A DNA stretch of 63,489 nucleotides, counting the filler, from Neolecta irregularis DAH-3 (taxonomy: Eukaryota), in the NCBI GenBank assembly GCA_001929475.1. It is 10 parts of 10 records of this genome, joined end to end, with 100 filler letters (N's around TTAATTAATTAA, not from the genome) between each part and the next. Parts side by side here need not be neighbours in the genome. Positions count along the whole stretch, not along the records: positions 1 to 9,405 come from LXFE01000789.1; positions 9,506 to 18,453 come from LXFE01000791.1; 8 more parts are not named here. One strand, 5' to 3'. Under the pieces are notes generated by a model. That model worked only from the letters and a program-made list of their open reading frames with translations, ran no database searches and was not told where the DNA came from. Positions 1-12,151 of the stretch are shown piece by piece. Both the position numbers and the translations under genes were made by a program. How positions within the stretch are numbered: position 1 is the stretch's first letter; every line of letters begins with the position of its first letter.

Positions 1-98
1 CTCTGCCCTACATGCCACCACCAAAAATGGTTGTCAGATGTTAGGCCCAGGCTGGACCCTCAGAAAAGCCCATGGGCTTTGGCCCATCCCCAACACTG
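1..98. mobile_element. Terminal inverted repeat (right end, ...GGCCCATCCCCAACACTG) of a hAT-like DNA element; same family as 7352-8075
   Basis: Reverse complement of 1-98 aligns with 7352-7465 (cagtgttg..gggccaaagcccatgggcttttctgagggtc..ggcctaacat..gacaaccatttt.ggtgg.agcatg) and 1-98 aligns directly with 8005-8075; terminus CACTG. Confidence 0.75.
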
Positions 99-529
99 TA
101 GCCTGTAGGATAGTCTGCTACCTCTCTTTTTGATTTACATACGCGGACAACAACAGATATAAAGTTATACAGACAGTCAACTCAAATCTCAACATTCCAA
201 AATTTTATTACTAACCAAGGCCTATAAACTTCACCTATGCGATGAGTAACTATCGACACTCCCTCCCCTACCTTCCTTTTATCCAACCCGCCCAACAGCC
301 CAACAGCCTGTCATACGAAAATGATACACATAGTATCAAAGTGGTTATCTGATGAATTTTCTATTACTATTCATTTCCTTAGTTTTCTACAATGAAGTGG
401 TTCATTCTTGTGGATCTATAAATGTGCAAAATCCTTGTAACGATATTTAGTGGCACAGTTGTAATCGTTGGTACAAGTTAAGCAGTTCTTGTTAAACCCC
501 AAATTCTTGTCTGTCTTGAACATGTCGGC

Positions 530-1851
530 CTACAATCGTGAGTTGCCTCGTAACCACCAGGAGATCCCCTCTCCGTAGTCTACTACAGACAAAACACCTT
601 TAAATCTCTGATTTGCCGTTCGAGATGCGGACATGATGAAAGGCTTGTCTGCTACAGGCAAATCTTTCAGTTCAAGTACTGGAGTCACACATGCATCTGT
701 CCCATGGAATACCGTCTCCCACTCAGCCAGTGTTTTTTGACTGATTCGTTCGGCGAAAATTCGATGTAGCGCACTCCAGTTAGACTTACGGCCACGATCG
801 GGTATGTTGTCCCAAGATAGGCCTAGTCCATGAACAAAATGTTTGTAAAACTGTGGCTCTAAGGCTCCTCTGTCGAGTTGGTGGGTATCAGAAAAATTAG
901 GTACATACACAGCAATATACTTTCCATCTCTTGTCTCATATGATCGATAGAAAGGGGCTCCTCCATCCAACACGTTCGTCCCACGTGGGCCATTCCATAA
1001 TGGAGTGTTTAATGCCAAACGAGGGAATAAGGAGAGGTAGGCGGATCCGCTCACCTGATTGTTGAACAATGACATGGCAAATTGGATCAAACCATGTCAG
1101 ATTCTACAATCTGTCCTTTGCCAGTGGTAGTTCGCTGGTACAGTGCAAGAATGATTCCCAGGGCACACATAGCCCCGCCTCCCGCAAAATCACCTCATTA
1201 GTTAATCTTTTTGTGCATACGATATTATCACCAAGAATGTTTGCTGGATGTCGAGGGGGTGAGCCAGGAGTTCCAAAGAGCTTGAGTATCAGAAGTGGTG
1301 ATAGCTCTAGAGTAGAGATACAGATAAAGAGCCTGTGCCAGTTAACTAGCCATTCTCTGAAGATGTTGTACCCGATATCGCGATGTAGTTGATATCATGC
1401 CCAGCCATATCCTTATATTTCCCTTTGGTATATGTAAATACATCATGCTCTAAAGGATCATACCGGTTCGCTGAAATCCCGTCAACCGTGCAACAACAAG
1501 TCTCGAGTTGAGATCGAGGAGACTCTGTGGACCCAAGTCCATCTTCTCGAGCACACAGGGACGATAAGGATCGATAAGGACATCGGCTAAGCGAACCAAA
1601 TCTAGAAACTTGAGCCGCCCTTCCTGAGACTTTAAATCTAATTCGATAGCTTTCTTTCCACTATTCAATGAGATAAACTGATGTTGAAAGATGTCATACC
1701 GACATAACTGATCTGTTGAAGGTTGATTTGGACGATCGATTCGGAGAACCTTGGCTCCATGATCAGATAAAATCAAGCCGGCGAACGGCGCTGGAGCCAG
1801 ACCCGCCAATTCAAGGACTCTGACCCCTTTGAGGGGAGAAGGAAGATCCAT
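530..1851 (-). CDS. Alpha-methylacyl-CoA racemase / CoA-transferase family III (CaiB/BaiF), multi-exon, C-terminal PTS1 (-SRL)
   Basis: [80 protein letters not shown] motifs across ORFs 1450..1851 and 530..1090; ends GNSRL. Confidence 0.9.
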
Positions 1852-2131
1852 GATTTATAAACTGAAGTTTGCAGTTCTGAAAATTTCAACAATATGAAGA
1901 ATATGAACTAATTGCGGGGAGGATGTTTTTGGAAGTTTCAGGCTCGTGATTTCGAACAACGGATTATTGTGTCCATCTTGTACATTTAGACAACCGCAAA
2001 TTTTTGGACTGTTTTTTTCTGGAACTCAACCAAGGTCAGAGTCATATAGTTGAAAAGTTTTGATGCGAAGTTATTTGGGTAGTGCGAATTTCGACCGACC
2101 TCGAGAAATTTGTGCTGTTCCTCACCACATA

Positions 2132-2970
2132 ATGCCTCTCCAATCATCTTTGAGGTCTCGCATCCATAATATTTCAATTCGAGAATTTCTTCGTTCAGCA
2201 TCAACGTTGCCGTTAATTACTTCTGATTCTTCCAACCTGCCAAGTTCTGTCCGAATAAGACAACTCCTCGAAACTATAAAGAAATCCAGAGTTCCAGTGG
2301 AAATTTACAAGACACGACCCGTGAAGAAAACTCTTCTTTTGTTCTATTCTCTCGCAGTCGTTCAGCTTGCGTTTTGGGGAAACATCGCGCAATGGTCATT
2401 TTCAGAATGGACTGAGGAGATCAAGGCGTATGTCGCTATTTCTCTTCATAGCTTAGTGGGAAGGTAGAACTGGCGAGAAAGTCCGTGCAAATATTGTGAA
2501 AAGAGCCATCATTGGGAGTGTGCTGCTAGGCATCGGAATCGGTTTCAGTTACGCATTCATATTTTATCCTTCCAGGTATACCGCCTTAACATTCCCTTGG
2601 CGCTATCGTTTGATATTAGATTGATCACGTCACTCAAGATACTCCCGGGAATGCATAAAGTCCAACTGACAACAGCCGGATTTTACCCGCTTAACCGTGG
2701 ATCAAAGATTTTGACATTTCCTATAGCTGATTTAGCTCCTGCCCAACGTCTTTTTTCTGGAAAAGGTATTGTTCCTATCGATCGAATATCAATTCATCTT
2801 TAAAAGGTACATACGGAACAAAGACGACGATGATGTCACCATTTGTCACGATGCGAAATAAGAAGCTTGGCGGAAGTTACCTTATCGATACTAATGGATA
2901 CTTTTCAGGCGGAGGTAAACTTTTTGATACGGTTTTTCCAGGATTGGCCTCAAATATCGCGAAGAAATAA
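2132..2970 (+). CDS. TMEM223/Mrx15-like mitochondrial inner-membrane protein, 4 exons
   Basis: Manual splice gives a presequence-like N-terminus, VQLAFWGNIA TM1, IIGSVLLGIGIGFSYAFIFYPSR TM2, LITSLKILPG..VQLTT and YLIDTNGYF..LFDTVF, matching the TMEM223 pattern. Confidence 0.7.
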
Positions 2971-3415
2971 TAGAAACAAGATACAAAGATCCCTTCTTCA
3001 CAAAAAGCACTTGAAATATTCATGATCCCTGCTGTGCTCCAAGTTTTTACGACTGCGTCTCTTTATGAATTAGTCCATCCTGACATCGACTCATTGTTGA
3101 ACTTGATTATGCGAATTTTGGTTGAACGCCGGAAAAATGAAATACAAGGTCGCAGGTTTAGAAGATTCGTTGATTTAGACCACTCTGCTTTGTTGAAGAA
3201 GTGTTGGGGTCGGAGAAGGGAAACGTGGTTTCTTCTTGAATACTAATAGAAAGCATGCAGTTTAACATTGTCTTGAGCTTGCGGAAAGTAGAAGATATGT
3301 TTTATTTTTTGAAGCTCCTGGAATGTTTCACGGAACATGGCCACCTCCACAATCGTCCCACTCCAGCTACTGTAGCTATATACTTAACATTCGGCTAATC
3401 GTTGATCGCTTCACC

Positions 3416-4970
3416 ATGCAGCAGGTTCTACGACATTCAGTATGCTCTAGAGGAGCAGTATTATCGCGAAGTAAAAGTCATAAAACAATTCATCAACATG
3501 ACCTCGATAGATATTCAGATCACCTCAAGAAATCACGCCGCAACACTTTTCAAATTGCCTGCAATCTCGCCAACAGTGACTGCATGGGACATCAAAGAAT
3601 GGAAAATCAAAGAAGGTGGATCTCCGAATTGGCTTGTAGTGGCTAATCGGAGATGAGGCCAGTGCTATTCTGCTGGCGATGTATTACTCGAAATTGAAAA
3701 CAATAAGATTCCGGTCGAAGTAAAGGCTCAAGACAATGGTACTTTGGCAAGTATTTGGGTATTCTACAAAATCGACAAATTCTAACAGATAGAAAAATGA
3801 CGGATCACAAAATATTCAAGTCGGAGAGGTGATTGGTGTACTTGCAGAAAACGGCGACGATATACCATCGCTCGAAATTCTAGAGAAAGGAAAATCATCA
3901 TCACGAGAGTCCAGATCTATAGAGAAACCTCTGTTTTCCCAATCAGATCCGACGGAAAACATATCAGAACCACCCAACCCCGTCCTGTCTAAACCTCGTG
4001 CGGATAATGCATTTGTTCATTCTCCGGCAGTCATGCACCTCCTTCGCGAATACAGTATAACAGATCCTTCGAGAATTATAGCCACTGGGCCCAACGGAAG
4101 AATACTTAAAGGTGATGTTTTAGCCCATATCGGAAAAATCAATGAATCGACTCCAAAGTCGCTGACCGATGCGTTTTGCAAGCTCTCAAAATTGGATCTG
4201 CGCAATATCAAAGCAGTAGAGCCCAATCTCATTAAAAGTACGGTCACTCGAGAAAAAGCAGAGGGAACTCGAAATGATACAAACAAAACTGCATTTGAGA
4301 AGTCGATACTGAAAATAATAGATGTAGAAATCGATCTGAGCAAGGTTGAAAAACTTGCTGAAAAGATATCAGGCATGCATTTGCTAGAGTACTAGTGCTA
4401 ATATGTTCCACAGAGCAGCTATCTACAACAGTACCAGCATGCGATTTGATATACAAAGCTGCGAAAAGGGCATATCAGCGTAATCACCGGATTCAAACTC
4501 GGAGACCAAACCGCACGGACGAATTGTTCGAGGATCTCGTTTCAAATCCTTCGAAAACTAGAGGCCACACCAACATTCCCGCACAATTTCTCCGAGAAAA
4601 CTCTCAATATTCTCATGAAACTTGTTTTGCAGTGTATGTTTTACCAAGCTCAATCGATCGCTGAGAATGATTTAGCGTCCCACTTGATTTTTCCAGCACA
4701 ATTGAATCCACCCAACTTCGCCTCACTGAAAGCGACAATCTTGTATCAACAAGGTTTCTAAATATTCCACGGCCGCGATATGATATTATCGATATCCTTT
4801 CTGGAAAACAGGATCATTTGAAAATTCAAAAGCAACCACATGAATTGGGACAACGCATTATGAAAGCCCAGTTGGTGTTTGATGAGACCAAAATATATCC
4901 TTCTGTCGCATTGGAATATCTGAATGATATCAAAATGATTATAGAACAACCGGGTTCGTTGATAAATTAG
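3416..4970 (+). CDS. PDX1: Pyruvate dehydrogenase protein X (E3-binding protein)-like, multi-exon
   Basis: Lipoyl domain (FKLPAISPT..W..KEG..YSAGDVLLEIE..K..VEVKAQDNG), E3-binding domain (SPAV..LL..IIATGPNGRILKGDVLAHIG), C-terminal DIIDILSG..YLNDIKMIIEQP. Confidence 0.8.
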
Positions 4971-4995
4971 AAGTCATGAATTATATCCACGATAT

Positions 4996-6674
4996 TTATG
5001 ATAGGATAGTGTCTTCCCCATTCCCATTCCCTTTTGCTAGTGTGTAGCTCTTATCAAAGTACTGGTTAGGATGCGTGATGCTTTCTTTCAAACCGCCTTG
5101 TAAACCCGGGTGCGTCAATTCGAAAACCCGGGTACAGGCAACATGATAATGTCTTCCTGCAACTGCATCATTGATGTCTTTCACATCCTTTCCATTGTTA
5201 ATACCAAGATTAGATATTGCCATATTTAGATTTTCAGCGGAAAAAGTTCGGAAGGGACAGCCATGACAGTCTCCGACTCCAGGCTGTGGTCCCATAAGTA
5301 TGTGTTGACAGCTTTGTGCTCAACGAACAATAAATAACGGCGGATACCTCAGGGGTTTATAGTCACGGCGATTTCCTTCAAGGCCATAACTGTGCCGAAT
5401 ATTGTAGCGATATTCCTTCGTAAATTTATCGTCTGTGCAATTTGAGAAGGATTTTCTCCAAAAGATCTGGGCCTCTTCCACGCTCAGTCCAATCCCCTAA
5501 CCAATTAGTACATCTCCTGAAGAATCTATATTCCTTGAGGAACAATCCATATTGAAGCCGTCCGTAATGCTTGAGGTGTTTGTCTTTTCTGAGGTTCAAA
5601 TGTAGATTCCGCATACACAACGGATAATGTTGAATTAACTGATATCAAAAGATCGTCATCACAGCAGACATACAGAGTCAATCTGAGAAGAATTGATCTC
5701 ACCTGCCATAGACTGAGGACTCGAATATTCAGAGGCTGTGAAGCCTTGACTTAAATGGTTCAAGATCGGGATCAAACGATCGTCTTCATCTAATCTGGGT
5801 AACGCTCTAGCAGTGATCTGTATATCATTAAGCGAAACTGTTTAATTTCAAACCTCGAGTGCATTCTCTAGTCGGCTTATGTATTCCGTGATGACGAGAT
5901 TTGATTGCTCAGACATTGGGACGTATGCCTGCCCTCCCTTGACAAAAACTCTTCGTTTCTCAACTAGCTCGGCCACTCGTTCAAAGTCTACCTTAAAGAA
6001 TGTCTCCGAGTCGATGTTTCTTTGTGATGCTGAAGAAAGTTTATCCCATAATAATTTTTTTTCTTCTTCTGATATCTGTAATATAAGCTCGATATTGTAA
6101 ATAGACGTACTATTTCCCAATCAAAACTAAGACTTGAGATAAAAGATGAACGGTCCCTGGCTTCTTCATTCTGAAATCTCATTCTGAATAGCTCTTTTTC
6201 TGCTCGAACAAAGCTCCTTCGGAGTTCTTCTCTATTGTTGATCAATTTCTATCGAATGGTCAGAGAATACGATCGACAAAATGCTAAACGTAAAATAAAA
6301 TGGCTATAGTGATCCTTCCTCCTCTCTTGTTCGGAAGCGGTATGATTCTGGGAAGTTGAGTTTCGGGATGTGTTGGATGATAGAGGGAGGTATTTGTCAA
6401 TAAGCGGTTTAAGAATTATATCCATTTCTTTTACGGATTTGTTCCGAAATAACGAAGACTCGATCTCTCCAAGGACTGGATTTGTTAGACAACAGGACCA
6501 AGGATGCGTACCATGTAATCGACAAATGGCCCATAGTTCAAAATCTTCTAATGTGATTTCATTCCTCGGAGGTTCAATATAGAAGTTGAGACGATGCGGA
6601 TATGTAGTCTGACGGACAACTTCCTGCTCAAAGTTTTTGCGGCCAAGCGATTGTTTCTTTTGCGATCTCCACAT
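4996..6674 (-). CDS. PRI2: DNA primase large subunit, multi-exon
   Basis: [77 protein letters not shown]. Confidence 0.97.
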
Positions 6675-7265
6675 GATTGGATTGTATTATTTATTTTCTG
6701 GATATCCAAAAGTCGTGAGGTGGATGCGACTACAACTCTGGATTTACTGAGACGCTCACTAACTTGACCGCCTAGAAAAACGCGATATCCTCGTATCTCG
6801 GTAATATGGCAAATCGAAAACTCCAGATGCTTGACAGACAAAAACCTAAATTCTATCGTACTTGTATGTTAATATGAACGACCCAGAAGAATGAGCGCAA
6901 CCAGATTTTTCCTGGCCTTGCATGCGCGTCGCCCTGGCTGCGACCGTTTGGGAGTGAAAAAGTCGTGATCGTGCGCCTGATATGTATGCCGTTGCATGAG
7001 TGGCCGATTAATTTGCATATTTGAAATTTAAATTTCTGAGCAACCTGAGTACAAAAACAAACTGGGATGTGCAGAATTTGCTCATTAAATTCGGACATCA
7101 CAAAGCGGCCAATATCATGATATTCAGGCTGAAAAGGTGGCTGCAAACCGCGGAGGTAACAATTTCTTTTAATTGACATACTCTCCAGAAACTCGTTTTT
7201 CTCATTTCCGAAAAGATAATCCAAAAATTTAATGCAAAACCTCCTGAGTGTTATAATTGGCTAAT

Positions 7266-7351
7266 TCGTTCGTACATTCCTCATTCTTCCTTTTCGAGTT
7301 CGTTGGCAGATAGAAGATTTATCTATGCTGTAAACAAAATCTTTCCACAGT
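7266..7351. repeat. ~87-bp direct repeat, copy 1 (copy 2 at 8319-8406)
   Basis: cgttcgtac..tcttccttttcgagttcgtt.gcagatagaagatttatctatgctgtaa.caaaat....acagtc is present at both positions. Confidence 0.9.
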
Positions 7352-8075
7352 CAGTGTTGTGAACGGGCCAAAGCCCATGGGCTTTTCTGAGGGTCTGGCC
7401 CTGCCCAGTCCATGGGCCGGGCCTAACATGGACAACCATTTTGGGTGGTAGCATGCAGGACAGTGATGGGCAGGGCAAGAATATGTTAAAATTCAAGTAT
7501 AATGCTATATTATGTATATAATTCCCATCCAGTGGCTGCAGCGGCGATAACGGGTGAAGAGGGCGGGCGGTAAGAGGTGAGAGGGCGGGGACGATACAGG
7601 ACGAGGAGGGGGAGCAGTAATGGGCGATAAGGCAGGCGATAACGGGCGAGGAGGGCAGGTGGTAATGGGAGATGGTGAGCGGAGATAGCAGACGGGAGAA
7701 ACGGGCGCGGCGGGAGCACGAGGCAGGAGAGACGGGCGAGTCGCGAGACGGGCGGGCAGGCTAGACGGGCTGGTGAGGCAGGCCGGCGAGGCAGACTGCA
7801 CGCCCGTCTCCCGCGTCTCTACCACCTCGCCCGCCTCTCTCTCCCACCTCGCTCCTGTCTTGCGCGCCCCTTGGCCCGTTTAACCCACCCATCTTTGCCC
7901 ACCCGCCTGTCAGTTCCCTTGCCAATAGCTAGATAGATATAAAGAATTTTATACATAATATAGAAATTTATATTTGAATTTTAACATATTCCTGCACTGC
8001 CCATCTTTGCCCTGCACGCCACAACCCAAATTGGTTGTCACGTGTTAGGCCCGGCCTGGCCCATCCACAACACTG
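7352..8075. mobile_element. ~724-bp non-autonomous TIR element (MITE-like, hAT-type CAGTGTT termini) with a GC-rich low-complexity core
   Basis: Left end CAGTGTTGTGAACGGGCC and right end GGCCCATCCACAACACTG; imperfect TIR runs to gaatatgttaaaattcaa (7479-7496) / ttgaattttaacatattc (7973-7991); no transposase ORF; no 8-bp TSD seen. Confidence 0.75.
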
Positions 8076-8318
8076 GTAGAAACAGCCCTTCTATCTTCAG
8101 TTGCACTTTTATTTGCTGTGGCCTTGTGGAATACATTTGAATTCTCATAGCAACAGACATGATGGGGGGATGAAATTGAGAAGGTAGGTAGATTTTATAA
8201 GCATGGGTGTGACGAGGCTGGTGGATTTGGTGGTGAGGCCGGATGATTCCATCGGTAGGACAGAACAAATGCCAGCTTTTTAGAGGTTAGGTAGCATAAA
8301 ATCTATAATTCGAATAGC

Positions 8319-8406
8319 CGTTCGTACGTCCCCCAACTCTTCCTTTTCGAGTTCGTTTGCAGATAGAAGATTTATCTATGCTGTAAGCAAAATTCTTCAA
8401 CAGTCG
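8319..8406. repeat. ~87-bp direct repeat, copy 2; immediate 3' flank of the secreted-protein gene
   Basis: Near-identical to 7266-7351. Confidence 0.9.
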
Positions 8407-8409
8407 ACT

Positions 8410-8859
8410 TCACCATAGATCGACCATTTTTAGATAGGTCTTCTTACAGCCCCCACTCCACTTTTTCGTCACATAAGAATTACACAGATAATACTCATTG
8501 ACTGTCGCTCTTGGATCGCCAACTTTACTCAGGTAACCAGCATCGTTCACAAAATGATCTTTTGAATCCGAGGCATCAAAATGGAGACGGTCATCGTTCT
8601 CCCATGCTCCTGCATTACCGTCGATATTGGAATCCTTCCAACTTACGTGCAACGTCAATTTTCTAATGTAGAAATTTATGCATATCTGTGACGTGGAGAT
8701 CGAGTGCAGAACAGGATTATCAGGCGATACAGCTAGACATGTGCTGCCTGTGTTGTCGCCCACTTTATCAACCGGAAACAAATGAAAGTACGTATAAGAA
8801 TTCCGAGTGTTGGTGGATCTGGCGAACAGGAAGCAAAAAAGAAGACCAAGAAGTTTCAT
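8410..8859 (-). CDS. Small secreted orphan protein (149 aa), effector-like
   Basis: Intronless ORF with signal-peptide-like MKLLGLLFCFLFARS, four Cys after the signal, a TATA-like tataagtata upstream on the minus strand (~8897-8906); no family recognised. Confidence 0.6.
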   Translation of the reverse strand: MKLLGLLFCFLFARSTNTRNSYTYFHLFPVDKVGDNTGSTCLAVSPDNPVLHSISTSQICINFYIRKLTLHVSWKDSNIDGNAGAWENDDRLHFDASDSKDHFVNDAGYLSKVGDPRATVNEYYLCNSYVTKKWSGGCKKTYLKMVDLW

Positions 8860-9405
8860 GGTGAATGTAAATGTGAATTCGGCGGAGGGGGGATGGTATA
8901 CTTATAGAGCTGCATGTCAGGAGCTACTGGGCTTAATTAAGCATGTCTTCTTCACAATTGCCGCTTATTCAAAGCTTATTTTTCAATTTGAACTGTTATC
9001 AATATCCACATGATGGCCTCTTAGAATCTTAAAGAACCTCTCGATACTCCGCCCTTTCGTCATTCACACATGTCTTCCCTGGTTTGTAACCACCTGTGGT
9101 CCTGCGAGTCACCGGGCAGTGTGACCTGAAGCTTAGACAGAAGGAACTACGCCCTCTGATCGGTCGAAAGGCTCCTCTCAGGTTAGGGCCCCGCCGTTAC
9201 AAAGCTACTTTCTCGTGTTTCCAGATAGAAAACGTGCTATAACCAGACTGGCACAAAGAGCGTTTCACTTGACCAGCCTGCTTGAGCATGCTTTACCTGA
9301 GCATGATATGGCAGATATCCGCATATAATCATAAATCGCATCACTGTCTCGGCAAGTGAATTGTTCCATCACCTCGAGATGAGAAGAAAGAATTTGCAAA
9401 TCCGA

Positions 9406-9505
9406 NNNNNNNNNNNNNNNNNNNNNNNNNNNNNNNNNNNNNNNNNNNNTTAATTAATTAANNNNNNNNNNNNNNNNNNNNNNNNNNNNNNNNNNNNNNN
9501 NNNNN
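9406..9505. other. Artificial contig linker N44-TTAATTAATTAA-N44 (also 18454-18553, 30538-30637, 34491-34590, 37242-37341, 39956-40055, 42960-43059, 44210-44309, 60107-60206)
   Basis: Identical 100-bp structure occurs nine times; TTAATTAATTAA is a standard six-frame stop spacer; genes are truncated at several of these points. Confidence 0.97.
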
Positions 9506-10844
9506 TTCAAAGCGTTGGAGTGGTAGTGGTGGGTTTGACGTTTCGCGCGATTTGACGTTTCGCGCGGAACAAATGCATCCTCGCTCTCCTCGCCAGCGTC
9601 GCTAATTCTGAGATCACCAATTCTAATGGTTTTGATGTCCCTGATTCACGGTTTTCCCTCGTCATTGGCATTGGCATTCCTGAAATTTTCTACAATCTTG
9701 AGATTGATGAACACGATTTTCTCAGATACTCTTTAGTTTCTATAGCTTCCCAGTCAAACTCAGCCGTGCAAATGTTTGCTATCGTTGAAGGAAAATTATG
9801 TCTTGAGAAAACAGATAAATGTGCAAAAATCGACAATAATGGAAATATCAATTTTCGCGAACCTCCATTGACAGGATAAAGGGTTTTCACAAAATAGTCT
9901 TCAATTGGATTTCAATGGGAATAGAAATTGGTTCATATCAGGTCAACTCGGCAAAACCAATGATCGGAGACTATATAATTCTGGCGGTAGGTTCCATGCC
10001 ACCATGGTACAAATCGACGTTTCTAGGTGGGGCGGTACTCCCTAGACACCACACAAACTCTATTGCAGTCATGGTGAGACCTACTTAGTACTATCAGTAT
10101 TTGTAATAATATGCTTACTACCTTCTACTTTTCGTAATTGATAGAACAATTCTGTATCTCAATTGTAATTTGGCTAATTTAACTACAATTGCCTACCTAC
10201 TTTGGCTATTTGGAGATACAGTTTACCTCGTATTTAGTTTCAGGCTGTGCATTCAGCATATTCATTACCTGAGAATTCCAGGGGTTTGACTACATAAAAC
10301 CAATCAACTCGCCCATTGGAATCTGTACTCTCTTTAAATTGATGAACACGGATTTCTCCACTACCCTATACTTGAGGATCCCCAATGTTCTAAAATTTAC
10401 CTCATAGGGGTAAAATTATGTGATAAGAAGAACTAGTTGCAGTAGTAGTATCAAGAGTAGTAGAATCAGCAGCAGCACCCACACCCACACTAGCACTAAT
10501 ACATGTATTCACCACACTAGAAAACAGTGCAGTCTTATTCAACTTTATTTTGACTTGTATTCGCTTGATATTGCAATTGCTAAATCTAGTCATTTTGACA
10601 GCGCAGGTCATATACTTTGCAGATTCCATCAGGTACCCTTCACAACGCCTAAACGACAAATTTCACAAAAATTGATAATCGCTAAAAGTTCTCTTGATTG
10701 TAATACCCACACTAAGCAGAGTGTCCTGTCCTTGTGATAGACTGCAAGTTGGGCTTCAAAGGCCAGTCGCTATATATTTGGGTGATCTGTATAAATTCGT
10801 TCAATGTTAAATCGGATGCTGATTTGTCAAGATCGACAACTTCG

Positions 10845-11960
10845 CTACACTTGGAAACCATTCCTTCTTGGGCTCCTATTCCCAAAAGCCTTACAATTAG
10901 TAATCATCTGTAAGAAGAATAACCTTAGATTAGTGCGAATAGGGACTTTCCTTAAAAACATTAGTGTTTTGACTACGTATTCGAATTCTTCGAAGATTAC
11001 TATGGTCTTAGCCCCGGGATTTTGGCAGGGTTTTACGACTGACTTCTGGACGTTTTGGTCGTATATCCACGCAATACATAGATGTCTGTAATTAGACTTG
11101 AACAATGAATGGCACACATACGGCAGGTACAAAGTCCGCTTTATCAAGGATGACGGTGTCTTTGTTCGTAACGGGATCTTCACGAAAGGAGTCTTGATCT
11201 ACTGCGATGACTCTCGAATCTGTCAGAAGCTTTGCAACGATACCCAATTTGGACCAATTGATTCCTTTCGGCTCTGAAACTAGACGTCTTCCAATTTTAT
11301 CGCGGAGAAGCAAGATCATGCGAACACGGCCAAAGTGTTGCATCCAGTGTCTGTAGTAAATACAGTTGAGCCACTGTGAGACCAACTGTTCCCCCTTAAC
11401 AGCTATCGGAAGTGTAGCAATGAAGAGGATTTTTGAATGAAGATTATCGTCTGATTGTTTTGCGACCTCTTTTAATTCACTGGCAAAGAGATTTTCGAAT
11501 GTGTTCCAGTTGAAGCCATCCTGTGGGATATTCTGCACGACGCCCTCGAATTTCCTGGCCAAAAGCTGAATAATAAGCAAGGAAATTGACATGGATGGCT
11601 TCTACATCGAGGTCCTTTGAAAAGATCGGGGCAGGTTCGAGCAAAATATACTTTTTCGGATTAGTAACGTTCAAAACGGCTCTTGAAATAGATCCGTGGC
11701 CTTGGATGTTTAGCGGTTTGTTAGATAAGGGTTTGTACCAGGATTCATCTCGACGATGTGCGAATAATCTGAATTTTTGAGATCTAAGCCATCCACGAGG
11801 CTCCCTTGAAGCGTAAGTGTCCTGTTGAACGAGTCGGGAAAAGAGTACTGGCAACATGTTCTTCGGTCAAGAACACCCTTCTATTTGGTCGGATGGGATA
11901 TCTTACACGAAAGGGATTTAGAATGTGAACAGAGCGGAAAAAAACCCCCGAAGGCCGCAT
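10845..11960 (-). CDS. MTF1: Mitochondrial transcription factor Mtf1 (rRNA adenine dimethylase-like fold), multi-exon
   Basis: Presequence-like MRPSGVFFRS; PKKYILLEP, DGFNWNTF, LVSQWLNCIYYRHWMQHFGRVRMILLL, SKLGIVA, FEYVVKTL motifs. Confidence 0.75.
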
Positions 11961-12151
11961 GATGCAGATGGAAAAACAAAACTTTACAGACGGTGAATTC
12001 AAGCCTGGTTATCGGTGGCGGAAAAATCATCCACAGACCTCATAGCAGAAGACCAGAGTTTATAGGAACAGATTGAATGATACAAGAGCACTTTGGATGT
12101 GGATAATCATGTTATAAACTGCCGTGATCAAGAGAGGATGCCGACCAGTTA

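Noticed and set aside
6853-7260. 123-aa minus ORF and a possible spliced plus-strand ORF upstream of PRI2
   Set aside because: No recognisable homology or clear start; cannot be distinguished from promoter or relic DNA
9150-9300. CCCTAACC on the minus strand (~9181-9188) in a non-coding stretch, considered as a telomerase RNA template
   Set aside because: Only an 8-nt match; no pseudoknot or CR4/5-like element recognisable by eye; would need a covariance-model search
9450-9461. TTAATTAATTAA repeated nine times between N runs, superficially a regularly spaced repeat
   Set aside because: Synthetic six-frame-stop linker used to join contigs; not biological, and neighbourhoods across it cannot be trusted
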